A stretch of DNA of 64,000 bases from Phyllosticta citribraziliensis. Lineage: Eukaryota. The stretch lies in NCBI RefSeq assembly GCF_038025025.1, contig NW_027117349.1:1178001-1242000 (forward strand), given 5' to 3'. The notes under the pieces are model-generated. The model worked only from the letters and a program-made list of their open reading frames with translations. It was not told the origin of the DNA and searched no databases. Position numbers and translations under genes: made by a program. Below, piece by piece: positions 1 through 11,860 of this stretch (position 1 is the first letter of the stretch; the number at the start of each line of letters is the position of its first letter).

Positions 1-501
1 AAAGCTACAGAGGTATCACAATTACATGGTAGTTACCCTGCTTGCCGCAGCTGCTGCTGCAGGGCCCCCTTTCGAAACCGAGATGCCCTATCCCAACCCA
101 ACCAACCAACCCAAACAGATCCAGACAGACAGACCCGACAACGCAACGTAACACAACAACAACAACAACAAGTCCTGAGAACCAGACTACCTAGCCAATG
201 AATGTGCAATGAAAGGGAGACGAGAGAAAAAAAGGGAGAAGGGAAAGAAAGGGAGTCTTCTTCAGGACTGACTGACTCTGCCCAAAACCTGTTGCCCCGT
301 ATATGTATGCCCTTGGACCGTAACCAGCCAGCCGGATCAAACGACGCGACGCCGCCAAGCACCACAGTGGGAGGGTTCTGCCAATCCAATCGGAACCGGC
401 AATGGCGATGATGATGAATGGAACGAAAAAAAGAAAAGAAAAGAAAGGGGAGAGGAAGCCTCCGAGCAACGACAACAACAACGAGGACACACAAAGCTCT
501 C

Positions 502-2292
502 TCAAGCCTTGCGGACGAGCTCCTGCTCCGGGATGCGGTGCAAGCCGCCCGGCAGGTTCTCGCCCAGCACCACCATGCTTCCGCTGTTGTTGTTGTTGCG
601 CTGCTGCTGCTGCTGCTGCAGCCGCAGCTTCTCCATCAGCTTGCCAATGGTGACGTACTCCTGCGGCTCGACGAAGCCGCTGGGCTGGTGCTGGAAGAAG
701 CTCATGACGAGTTCGAGAGCCTTCCTTGCGTCCTCCTGGGACGGCGATGACGACAAGGGGCCAGTGCAGCTGTTGCTGCCGGGACTGACCGGTGAAATTT
801 GCTGCGTCGTGGTGGTTGCAGGGGTCAGTGCCGGAAGCGGCGGCGGCTGCATCGACGTCGTCTGGTGTTGTAACAGCGTGCTTGGCTGCTGCGACTGCTG
901 CTGCTGCTGCTGATGCTGCATCATCTCTTCAACACCTCCCATCGACGGATCCGCTATGGGCGACTCCAGTGTCGTCGACGTGACGTAGCGGGGAGTTTCG
1001 GCTTCAGACGACGACGGCGGAGACCCGTACGGATCTATGCCAAGCGCCGGGAAGCTTTGACTTCTTTGCGTCACACTGCGCGGCTGCTGCGACGGCATGA
1101 AGGGGCTGGGCCCGCACACGGAGTCGGGCGTGAAGAAGGGCGACGTCGGGCTCGTGGGTCCCGCCGAAAAGGTCGAGCCGGCCGCATCGGTAAAGACGCT
1201 CGACAAGGACGTGTTGCTCTGCGAATGGGGAAATGGGCGGTTCGGTTGGTCTCTGTAACTGTCGGGGCTTTCCGTCTTGACGAGACTCTCCTCGCTCTTG
1301 AGGGAACTCGAGGTCAAGGGTGAGGGCGACGATATTCCCCGTGGGGAACAGGGTGACATTTCGTTGGGGGTATGTGCGCTCGATGGTGGATTCGACGGTT
1401 CCGAGTCCTCGGCAATGGACCGCTTTCTCGACTTGGCCCCCATCAAGCTGTTCTTTTGCTTAAACTTTGCCAGCCAGGTGTTGCTATTGGCTTGGATGTG
1501 GCTTTCGGAACTGCCAACCGAGGCGGCGAAGAACTGGGCCTTTTCCTTGATCATGTCGTCTGTCAGAGGCAGTCCCTGCCGCTGGTGGTTTTTGGCCCAA
1601 TTTGCCAGTGCTCTCTCGACGTCTGGAAACTTGCTCTTGGACCTCTTGATGGGTGAACGGCTCCCGTCATCCTGGTACAAGTATTTTTCCTTTTGTCTCA
1701 GAACCTTGGATACGGTGCTGGAGGAAGTCAGTATGTCTTGCCATGTCCAACAAGCATGCGAGTAAGTACCTGCGCTCAACGCCAAACATGGCTGGTGGTC
1801 CACGTTAGCAATGACCATGGAAGGGGGTTGACTTGACTGACCTCCAATCTCCGTCTGCTTCACAGTGGGATGCTCCTCGTGATATAGACACATGCGCCGG
1901 CGGTCGTTGTCTGTGAGCGTCTTTCTGGGCGTTGAAGATGTCCGAGTCGAAGTGGCCGAGACCGGGGCCGGGGTCGCCTGTACTGGGGCAGGCGCAGGAG
2001 CAGAATAGACTTGGTGAGGCGCGTAGCTCGTCTGAGCAGTCAACATGCTCGGCCACTGAGGCATGATGAGCGGCTGGAGGTGTTGATGGGTCGGCCGTGG
2101 TGGTTGCATTGCCTGGTGCTGGGAGAAGATGGGCTCCATGGGCGGCGGGTTAAAGGCAAAGGCGTTGTATTCTTGGACGGGAGAGTGGTGGTGGTGGGCG
2201 ACGGGCGAGTCGGACCAAGGTGGTGCCGTGTCATAGTAAAAGGTGGACTCGTCCGGGTGGTGTTGCTCGTGCTTGATGCCTATGTGGCTCAT
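502..2292 (-). CDS. CENP-B/Tc5-type HTH DNA-binding protein with no visible DDE domain; 3 exons (introns 1792-1841 and 1718-1769), about 562 aa
   Basis: Spliced translation gives RKTLTDNDRRRMCLYHEEHPTVKQTEIG-AMFGVERS-TVSKVLRQKEKYL (first HTH) and KFPDVERALANW..GLPLTDDMIKEKA..ANSNTWLAKFKQKN (CENP-B-type HTH). GT..CAG introns carry CTAAC/CTGAC branch sites. The C-terminus is S/P/Q-rich. Confidence 0.85.
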   Translation of the reverse strand: MSHIGIKHEQHHPDESTFYYDTAPPWSDSPVAHHHHSPVQEYNAFAFNPPPMEPIFSQHQAMQPPRPTHQHLQPLIMPQWPSMLTAQTSYAPHQVYSAPAPAPVQATPAPVSATSTRTSSTPRKTLTDNDRRRMCLYHEEHPTVKQTEIGGQSSQPPSMVIANVDHQPCLALSAGTYSHACWTWQDILTSSSTVSKVLRQKEKYLYQDDGSRSPIKRSKSKFPDVERALANWAKNHQRQGLPLTDDMIKEKAQFFAASVGSSESHIQANSNTWLAKFKQKNSLMGAKSRKRSIAEDSEPSNPPSSAHTPNEMSPCSPRGISSPSPLTSSSLKSEESLVKTESPDSYRDQPNRPFPHSQSNTSLSSVFTDAAGSTFSAGPTSPTSPFFTPDSVCGPSPFMPSQQPRSVTQRSQSFPALGIDPYGSPPSSSEAETPRYVTSTTLESPIADPSMGGVEEMMQHQQQQQQSQQPSTLLQHQTTSMQPPPLPALTPATTTTQQISPVSPGSNSCTGPLSSSPSQEDARKALELVMSFFQHQPSGFVEPQEYVTIGKLMEKLRLQQQQQQRNNNNSGSMVVLGENLPGGLHRIPEQELVRKA

Positions 2293-2935
2293 GGCGATCA
2301 GAAAGCGAATGGGCGAACCGTGCGGTTGGAATTTTGGCCAGAGGTCAGACTTCTTGTAGCCGAGAGAGTGGTGTTCCTGAGATCAGAAAGGGAAGGGTGC
2401 ATGCATGCACGGGGAGGTCATGAAGCGAAACACGGTAGTGGTACCACGGCGCAAGCGAGTGGGCAGAGGAGCAGAGACAAGAATGAGACAGGACCGGACA
2501 GGACAGGACGGGGGGCGTCGGTGGGACGCAAAGATCGGGGGGGGAGATCAGGACAGGACAGGACGTGGAGAGAGACGAATAATCCAAGAAGTTGTAGGGA
2601 CCAGGTAGAGAGGCCTGGGAGTAGGTGGTATACGGAGCGGGTGCGGTGCGGTGCGGTGCGATGCGGGTGCAGAAGCGGGAGCAGATAGCAGTGGGTGCCC
2701 CCCTGTCCGTCTGTTTCGTGGACATGGCCGTCGAGATGTTTAGAAGAGGGAAAGGCGGGCTGTCGCTCTCTGGGGCGGCCAGTGGGAAGCCAAGGCGGAG
2801 ACGTTGGACGCTGAGAGGGCAGTCAAGTCGGGATGCAGGCTGCTGGGAATCGAAGATCGTGGTGGGTGTGGGTGGAGGAGGTCCAGGTCGTCGTCCGGGA
2901 TCAGCTATCGGCCGTGCGCGGGCGACGGAATCATG

Positions 2936-3002
2936 GCCTGGGAGCCTGGGAGCCTGGGAGCCTGGGAGCCTGGGAGCCTGGGAGCCTGCGCCCCCTTGTT
3001 CC

Positions 3003-3050
<48 letters not shown>
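2936..3050. repeat. Compound tandem repeat (GCCTGGGA)~6 followed by (CCCATG)~8
   Basis: Directly visible tandem units upstream of the CENP-B-like gene. Confidence 0.95.
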
Positions 3051-3051
<1 letters not shown>

Positions 3052-3501
3052 TCCCTCATGCCCTCCATCCACTCCCTCACCACAACCACCTCTCTCTCCA
3101 TGCCTCTGACCTGCGCCATCTCCCACAAGGCCTGCCCAAAGAAACAAAAAAATTGTCCGCCGCCCGCTGAGCCCTTACTCCCACCTCTCCCATCCTCCGC
3201 AAATCACCGCCGCCAAAAACAATCCGCCTCCAACACCTCGTATCACACTCCCCGTCATCAACGCCATGAAAACGAAAAAATGTTCCTACAAACCTGTGAG
3301 CTCCAACCGTACATTGCCTAGACGCCTCCATACCCTGTTCTGGACTCGAATCCCTCCGCGGCCTCTCCTCCTCGCGACCCCCTCCCCCTCCGGCCGCTCG
3401 GCCGCCGAGCTGCTGTCGATCACCTCAGTCCAATAGAGATGCATATCCACACGACTCCATCCACTTTCCAAACTCCGTGCTGCGCTTTTCCTTCCTGGCC
3501 A

Positions 3502-3502
<1 letters not shown>

Positions 3503-3540
<38 letters not shown>
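3503..3540. repeat. (GCCA)n microsatellite
   Basis: Directly visible. Confidence 0.9.
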
Positions 3541-3541
<1 letters not shown>

Positions 3542-3658
3542 CGTTCCGCATGCCGTCCTCCCACCCCACCAATCAGTACTGCTTTTTGATATGCTCCGAA
3601 AATTGCTCCACGCCACACCCGGGGCACGCCCTCCCCCAAACGGATTGCCGCCCGCTGA

Positions 3659-5312
3659 TCACCGTTTGACGATAGTTACTGCGTGTGACGTAAGCATCTT
3701 GCTTTTGCCGCCAACTCGTCTCCAACACGGCCACTTACCAACATCCTCGTCTCCCAGCTCGTGCGACAGCCCAACGCGCTGGGGCTGGTGCTTGACAGAC
3801 TTGCCATACACAATCGCATGCTTGAATTGTTCCGTAATCGTCTTGTGGATTTGGTTGCACTGCGCAGGGTCCGGTTAGCACGGCTCGCGGCGCGGGAGTC
3901 GATCAACCGGCTTACAAAGTCCTCAATCGTGCATGCGTTGGACCTGAGCACCACGGGAGCCGAGTAGTCGGGCATGCGGCCCTTGGGCTTGGTGTACACT
4001 CGCCGGAGATTGAGCTTATCCCACATTTGCTCCAGCAGCTCGTCGACGTTCCAGCCGTGTTCCGAACTGATGGGGCAGGCGTTGGGAATCCGGTACAGCA
4101 GATCCAGCTCCTCAATCGTAATGGCGTCAATCTTGTTCAGCGCGTAAATGGCCGGGATGTACGCCCTGCTCTTTGCTTCCAGCACGTCGATGAGATCGTC
4201 AATCGTAGCGTCGCAGCGAATGGCAATGTCGGCCGACGCAATCTTGTATTCTTTCATCACGGCTTTGATTTCCTGTTTTGGCAGCGCTCAGCGGCAGATC
4301 CAGACTCTTTGCCATGTGGCCAACTTACGTCGTGGTCAATGTTGGACAGCGGCACCGTGTTGGTGATGTTGATGCCTCCCTGGTCCTTCTTCTTGAAGAC
4401 AATGTTGGGGGGCTCCTTGTTGATGCGGATGCCAAAGCCCTCGAGTTCCGTCTCGATGACGCGCTTGTCGGTGAGCGGCTTGTTGACGTCGAGGACGATG
4501 CAGATGAGGTGGCAGGTTTTTGCGACGGCAATGACCTGTCGTCCTCTACCCTTGCCGTCCTTGGCTCCCTGGATGATACCGGGCAGGTCGAGAATTTGGA
4601 GCTTAGCGCCATTGTAAATTATTTGACCGGGCACCGTGGTAAGCTGGATCGTGCGTTAGTCGTCGGTTCGTCGACGAGAGCAATTTACCAACAGTTGTAA
4701 ACTCGTATGCGGCAGCTGCGGGTATCGTTAGCCAAGAGATCCAAAAAAATGGAACGCAGTGGCAGACCTTCTGAATGTTGGCCGGTTAACTTGCTCATCA
4801 ACGTCGACTTTCCCACCGAGGGGAAACCGATAAAGCCTCTGCCATGGACGTTAGCGTTTTCCGGTCGACTCTTTGCCAGGCGCAAACCCACATGCTAGCC
4901 ACACCGGTCCTCGCGACATCGAATCCGACTGACAGCGGTGTGAGTAAAATGACCCGGGCGAACCAAGAGTCCCGTCCTTACCACCAGCGCCGCCGCCTCC
5001 TCCAGAGGGGGTCAGCAGTTCCTTCTTGAGCTTCGAGAGCTTTGCCTTGAGTTGTCCTACACACCCGTCAGACGTGCATATCAATCGCGTTGCGCCGCGG
5101 CGGCTGCCATACCCAAGTGAAACGACGTGGCCTTGTTTTTTTGAGTCCGAGCCATCTGATTGGAAGGTCAGCGGTTCGCTCGCCATGGACGGTGGGATTG
5201 ACGTGGACGGACTTCGGACTCGATCTCCTTGATCTGTTCGAGAGGGTGTTAGCAACGGCGCATTCGAGTGGGTGGTGACGGCGTCGCTTGCCTTGTCTAC
5301 GGTGGTCGCCAT
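3659..5312 (-). CDS. RBG1: DRG-family (Obg) GTPase, Rbg1/DRG1 orthologue; 11 exons, first intron GC-AG
   Basis: Spliced: [60 protein letters not shown] (P-loop)..[33 protein letters not shown] domain ending DEDVVTIVKR*. Confidence 0.95.
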
Positions 5313-5911
5313 GGCTGCTGAGTGTCTGGGAGGGCTCTATCGCAAGGGTAGGGTCTGGTGTTGAGCGAGACGGCGGAGGAGGAATATTGCACTGATCAGA
5401 TCTGTTCTGCGCAGGATGACGTGGGTGCCAATCAAAAGATTTGGCGGGGAGCTGTGGTCGCTGGTCGGCGATCTTGGCGGCGGACTCGGTTCGAAAAGGC
5501 TCCAATTGGTCACCGTCACTACTGCCGGGTCACCCGGCGACTTGACCCTCCTGCTTCGGACCAGCCAGCCAGCCAGTACAAGACACTTAGTCTGCCTAGG
5601 TTTGCACCGTCGCCTCACATCGCATGCCTCACCCTCCCGCCTATCCTTCTCGACTACATACGTAACTTGTGCCGGCGTAGAGCACGCAATCGACTGCAGC
5701 GTTTGCTCATCGCGCTCGTCCGCATACGACCAGGACGCGTGCGCGTTTGCTTCACTAGCAGGTTCCTGAGACACGTCTTGGTTTGCTCCTAGCCAACTCC
5801 CCGACGGTAGCCGGAGGCATACTGTATACATCCATCTCGCGCCTTAAAACGCCCTCGCATCCTCTCTCAGTCCGTCACTCTCCAACTTCGCCATACCTAC
5901 TCCTTATCGAC

Positions 5912-6747
5912 ATGACTGCTCTGGACGACAGCATTGTCCAGCCCCCTGCCGGCGGCGCCAACTCCAAGTCGCAAGACCTGGACGCCTTCCACGCCCTCGT
6001 CCAAGACCTCAGCAACTTCCTTGGGCCGTCGTCGGGCATTGATTCGGATGACGTCGATCCGCAAAAGCTGGAAAATCTCATGCAAAACTATGTATCCAAC
6101 CCCCTTGAATGGCAGCAGTACGCCCTTGGCGACGCCAGTCGAAACTACACGCGCAACTTGGTAGACAAAGGCAATGGCAAATCCAACCTGTATGATCTCG
6201 CCTCCACGTGAATCAGTGCCGCTTCGCCAACCAGACTAATGGCCCTGCAGGCTGATACTAGTGTGGACTCCCGGCAAAGGTTCACCCATCCACGAGTCAG
6301 TATCTAGCCTGCCCGTTCTTGATGCCCTCAGTCGTTAACGTGGCCCATCAGTCACGCCAACGCTCATTGCGTCATGAAAGTCTTGAAAGGAAGTCTGAAG
6401 GAGACTCTTTACTCTTGGCCGGATCGCCAACTCTCCGAGCAGGGGAAGCCCGCGCCCCCCGAGATCAAAAAGGAGACGGTCTATCACGAGAACAGCGTGA
6501 CATACATGTCTGATCAGCTCGGCTTGCACCGCATCTCCAACCCTGACCCGGACAACTACGCTGTGTCCCTCCATCGTAAGTCCTGGCGGTTCTAGATTGA
6601 CCCGGTCGATGATGCTGAACGACTACGTCAGTCTACACGCCACCAAACGCGGAGCATTTTGGATGCCAGATCTTTGACGAAAAGACGGGAAGAGCCAGCC
6701 ACGTTTCCCAAAGCAACTTCTTCTCCGTCGTCGGTCACAAACTCTAA
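5912..6747 (+). CDS. CDO1: Cysteine dioxygenase type I; 4 exons
   Basis: [61 protein letters not shown]: the 3-His iron site plus the Cys and Tyr crosslink residues. Three GT-AG introns. Confidence 0.93.
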
Positions 6748-8284
6748 ACTCAATCTCTTTGTCAGGCCTTGGAGCGAGGACAAGGGCGTTTGGAACTGGG
6801 CTGGCGTTCGGGTTTGAGGGTTTGGGGTCCGAGACGGACGGACGACGATGTTGGTCTTGGGTTGTCCAATTGTTTCCTCTCGGTTGCATGTCCTGTTGGC
6901 CTTTCGTGTCGCTTCAAACCGCAAGCCTCGCGACTTGCACCTCAGTAGCAGGACATTAAGCTTTTCACCACCTCCCGTTCTGTCCAATCACACGGCTTGC
7001 ACTGCCTGGTCAAACAGCACCCCAACACCTCGATCGTTGGTCGTTGGTAGCCGTCCTTGTCCCTTGACCTCGTTAGCACGACGGATCGTTGATCATCTCG
7101 GGCCGCTCCAGCAACTTTGATACCCTTGTATGAATCAGTTCTAGCCATGAACGCGGTCTTGTGCGAACCGCTCTGCGTCACGGGCCCGCTCCGGCACGGC
7201 TCACGAGCCTGGTCGTCCTGTGTCAGAGTATCCCTCTCCGACGACATTGGCGCTGCATCAACTGTTTCCATTGCCACGCGAATGGTGGTTGGTACCTTGT
7301 TCGGACCGCTCTCGACTGTCGCACCGTCCCATGACCACGGACCCGTTTACCAAGGATATCTGCGGTATGCTGCGGATGAAGACAACCGCGCGCTTAATCA
7401 AAGCTCGTCTCGAGAGACTGAAGTCGTCCGTAGAACATGTTCGACCTCGGATGTACACAGTCGTCCTCATCGATTTAGAAACAGTCCTCTCCTCATGCCT
7501 GCCGATTCACGCTGCAAAAGAGCATTGCAACCGCGGTCCTTGTTAGACCTCCACCTTTGCGTCCATGGCACCAGTCACATTGGAGTCCAGTCCGTTTCCC
7601 CGCGTTCCAAACTCGTTGCCCTTTGTTTTGTTTCGACTGCCGCGTGAAACTATTTTGACCAGAAGACCTGGGTCCGGAAGCTTCGACGGCGTTGTTTGGA
7701 GTGGTTGACGTCGAGTGCTGAGTAAACTGACGGACAGGGAGAAGGGGTCGACCGGGACGCTGAGTAAAGCTGTGGTCGTCAGCCTGGTCAGCCTGGCAAT
7801 GGTTGGATGTTTCAACGTTTCGAGGGCTTTGACAAGGCCTCGCGGTGACAGTAGTACAACGACATTGTCCAGCCATTTATTGCGCCAGTCGAGCTCGCGT
7901 GATGAGCTGATGACTGCAAGTAACCCTTGGCGGCATCCGTTGAGGCTATGTCTTAGCTCCCATACGGGCCCGGAGCTCCACATGGACCCGACGGTAGCTT
8001 ATATACGAGGCTGAAGTTCCTGCACCTGAAGAAATTGGTGCTCGCAGTCCTGACCGTGCGGATTTCGGGTGGTGCCCTGCCGTGGACAGCATGTCTGGTT
8101 CCTGGTGGGCGAGCAAACCAAGGGCTCTGCGCCAAGGCAATGCTTCTCTCGGCCTCGCAGCGGCTGAAGCACCGGCCCACGCTGTTTGCAACTCGACCGA
8201 CCTGGACCACCCACTGACGCAACCTCAAGACATGACGAGGCTCGCAGCAGCAGCCCGGCCATCATCAACTCCACGCTCTCCCAA

Positions 8285-11200
8285 ATGCAACTGGCGCTGT
8301 CGCTGCCCGTAGCGCACCTCCAATCCTCGGCGCCCTCGCCCGCCGTGCTCCACGTCGCCTTCGTCGTCCTCTCCGTCTTCTCGGCCCTCTGCAGCTCGCC
8401 CGACCACTCGCTCCTGGCCACGTCCGTCTCGTGGGGCCTGCTATGGATCTTCAGTAGTCTGCGAATTGGCCTCTGGCACGGGAGGGACAATGTGCTGCGG
8501 AGGAGGTTCAGCTGGACCGCGGGCGCGTTGCTCGCCCTGGCGCAGGTCTGCGAACAGGCCGCGAACGACGAGGAGGGTTTTTGGTGGACAAAGGTACCGA
8601 TGGCGAGGATTCTTGGACGACCTCTTGATTGACACGGAGTCGCAGTCTTTGCTACCTGCCACGCTGTACATAATCCGGGCGTCGGACGTCATCGCCTGCA
8701 CATTTCCCTTTGCAAACCTCGACGACCCCTCGAATCCTCAGGGCTCGCGTGCTCTACTTCCTCATGGGTTCGTCGCCCTCCTCACCGTCTCGGCCGCCGT
8801 TGCGCTGAGTGCCGTGCCCATCCTCCCTCAAGTCACGGCCCTCGGTCTGTGCAGTGTCGTCCTCACGAGCTTCGCTCTGCTTTTGCTCGAGCACGCCATC
8901 ACCACCATCAGAGATCCCAAGGCGAGCTTGAGCAATGGCGTGTCGCCCGTGTTGCCGGTGCGCCCACGTTCGGGCAGCATTGTGCGTTCAGACGCGTGGC
9001 TAGTCACGATGCGCGAAGCAGCATCGATAATGTCCGTCGCGTGCTTTGTCCTCTCGTTTTGCTTTGAAAAAAGTTATAGGATGCACACGGTGGCGCACAA
9101 CAGCGAGGCCGAGACAGTGCTGCAGATGTGGGAGAGCGCGGCGCGGGCCTTTGCATTTCAGCAGGCCGTCAGAATGGCTCTGACGGGTGCCGTTGCTAAC
9201 CTGGTTCTCTTCCTCATGGTGAGTCCCACCCTTGCTGTCTATCTCGTGCACTGTTGGCCTGGGTATCCCGTTCTTATCGTCCAAGTCGCGCTTTCGCCCT
9301 TGCCGAACACCCCTGATGCATCCCTCGTTTGTGTTTCTTCATTCCCCAGTTGGCATAGTTACCGCTCCGGCGACGCACTACGTTCCCGTGGCCGTCTTGC
9401 TCCACCAGTCTTCCCTGTACTGATGCCAGCACTTGACAGATCCGTCAGGCAGGCGCCTTTGATACCATCTGCTCGTCACTCGCGGGCCTCTTGTTTGCCC
9501 ACGCCTATGCGTTTCCCTCGTTGCAAGCTTTCTGGTTTGCCCTGCTCTACGGGGCGGGAGCGCTGTCGCTAAACTACCACGCGCCTGGTCGAGACAGCAA
9601 GATGCTGGCCCGGCACTTTCTCACAATCGTCGCAGCCATCTCCTTTGGTTTCATCCTCTTTAGCTACCTCCGCCAGCTGACGACCTTTTCGCAACCTACG
9701 CCTCCCGAAGTCCACGGCTCCATCCACCTCGACGACGCTCCCGAGTCGTCCAAACCGCTCGCCCTGTCCGCAAAGGATCGCCACCCTGTCGAACAGCTGA
9801 TTGCCGATGCCGAGAAGAATTGGGATAATCTGTTGTCAAGACAGTCGCAAACGCTCGAGGACGCCGTCGCTCGGTATCGCCAAAAATTCGGCACGCACCC
9901 GCCTCCCCAGTTTGATCGGTGGTTCGAATTTGCAAAGAGAAAGGGCGTTCAACTGATTGATGATGGGTACGACGAGATCCATCGCGCTCTGACGCCCTTT
10001 TGGGCGCTCAAGCCAGCAACTATACGGGCGCGGGTGAGGGAGGCACTTGGACACGGGGACAACTCCCTGATTGGATTGTTGATTCGCGACGGGCAAGCGA
10101 CGCACATTGAAGGCGGGCAAGAATGGCAGCAGGAGGCCACGTTGGGCATGATCAAGAGCTTCATCGCACACTTACCAGACATGGACGTAGCATTCAACAT
10201 TCACGACGAGCCGCGGGTGGTTGTGCCGCACGACCAGCTCTCTCGACTGATAGCCCGCGCCAAGGGCGAAAAGATGCCCGCTGCTTTGGCCACAACCCAG
10301 CCAAAGAATCAGTTTTCAAAGCGGCCAAAGGACATGAACAATGGCAAGCGCATCGACGAGGTCTCCTTTACTCGCTTCAACCAATTCGCCCACCAAGGCA
10401 CCTGGACCCATTCCCGCCTGTCGTGTTCTCCCGACAGCCCCGCCCGCAGCATCGACGAGAACCCGCCCGACAATCAGACGGCGTACGCCGTCAGCGAGCT
10501 CGGCTTCATCTACAACACGACAGCCTTCTCCGACATTTGCAACTCGCCGTCGCTGTCGTCGCACTACGGCTTCTTCGACCGGCCCAACGCCTTCAACCTC
10601 GTGCAGGAGCTCTTCCCCATCTTCTCGCAGAGCAAGATCAGCTCCTACCAGGACATTCTGTACCCGTCGCCGTGGTACTGGTACGGCAAGGTGCCGTACG
10701 AGGAGTTCCGCGACCCGGCCTGGGAGGACAAGGCCGACGCGCTGTACTGGCGCGGCAGCACGACGGGCGGCTTCAGTCGCGCCAGCGGCTGGCGCCGGCA
10801 GCACCGCCAGCACGTCGTGGCGCGGCTCAACGAGCCGGGCAAGGCGCTCATCATGCGCAAGACGACGGAATCCGTGCCCGCCAGCAGCAACGCGGACGAC
10901 GCGTCGTCGCCGGGCGTCGAGGAGCAGACGGTCTGGGCGCCCAAGGCGGCGTCGCGCAAGGACTACGCGTCGCTCTTCGACGTGCGCTTCTCGCACATCG
11001 GGCAGTGCGACCCGGGCGACTGCGACGCGCAGCGCGAGTTCTTCAAGCTGGCGGACGCGGCGGACCAGCAGGACGCGTGGGGGTGGAAGCACCTGCTCGA
11101 CATGGACGGCAACGCCTTCTCGGGGCGCTTCTACGCCTTCCTGCAGTCCAAGAGCCTCGTGTACAAGATGGCCCTGTTCCGCGAGTGGCACGGCGACTGG

Positions 11201-11513
11201 CTGCAGCCGTGGCTGCACTACGTCCCGCTGAGCCTGCGCGGCGACGAGTGGCTCGAGGTTGTGCGCTTCTTCCAGGGCGAGGAGGAGGGCAAAAGATTGG
11301 CGCGCTTTGTCGCTGCGAGGGGCCGCGAGTGGGCCGCGAAGACGCTGCGGAACGTCGATTTCGAGGTTTGGTTTTTTAGGCTGCTGCTTGAGTGAGTTGA
11401 CCCTGCCTGTTCCCCCCTTCCGCTGGTGAATTGCTGGGTTTGTGCTGACAGGACGCAGGTACGGTCGTCTGATTGACGATAATAGAGAGACGATTGGCTA
11501 CGCGGCGACGTGA
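8285..11513 (+). CDS. Glycosyltransferase family 90 (CAP10/Cxt1-like) with a multi-pass hydrophobic N-terminal region; introns about 8593-8645, 9219-9439 and 11392-11458
   Basis: HPVEQLI..SQTLEDAVARY..PPPQFDRWFEFA, LPDMDVAFNIHDEPRV, FSQSKISSYQDILYPSPWY, LYWRGSTTGG, HLLDMDGNAFSGRFYAFL, C-terminal RLLLEYGRLIDDNRETIGY. The start codon and the N-terminal exon junctions are less certain. Confidence 0.85.
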
Positions 11514-11860
11514 GTGAACAGTCGGAAGCAGGAGTGGAAACAGGAAGCAGGAAGCAGGAGGTAGGCAGTAGTAGAAAATAATGAGCAGCAATTTTTGCAA
11601 CCAACGTGTTCGTCGTTGTCGTTGTGTACAACAGTACAGCTGTCTGTCTGTCTGATCGCTCACTTGTGGACTCAATTAATCAAGTGAGGTAAGTGGTAGC
11701 AGCAGACGAACGAATGAGTACTGACTGTAGCTAACTGGCTATCTGACCGGCTATATTTTGTATTTGAAGAGTGGCATGGCAGGCTGAACGAGAGAAGGGG
11801 CAAAAGAAAGAGAGAAAGAAAAGACAGGGAGGAGAAGACGGGGAAAAGGAAGAGAAGAAT

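Noticed and set aside
2936..3050. Tandem repeats as a possible CRISPR-like array or repeat-encoded peptide
   Set aside because: There are no spacers. These are simple repeats in a eukaryotic genome rich in them.
10123..11379. Long alternative-frame and antisense ORFs over the GT90 gene (418, 300 and 296 aa)
   Set aside because: Explained by extreme GC3, which removes stops from other frames. The translations are Arg/Ala-rich with no motifs.
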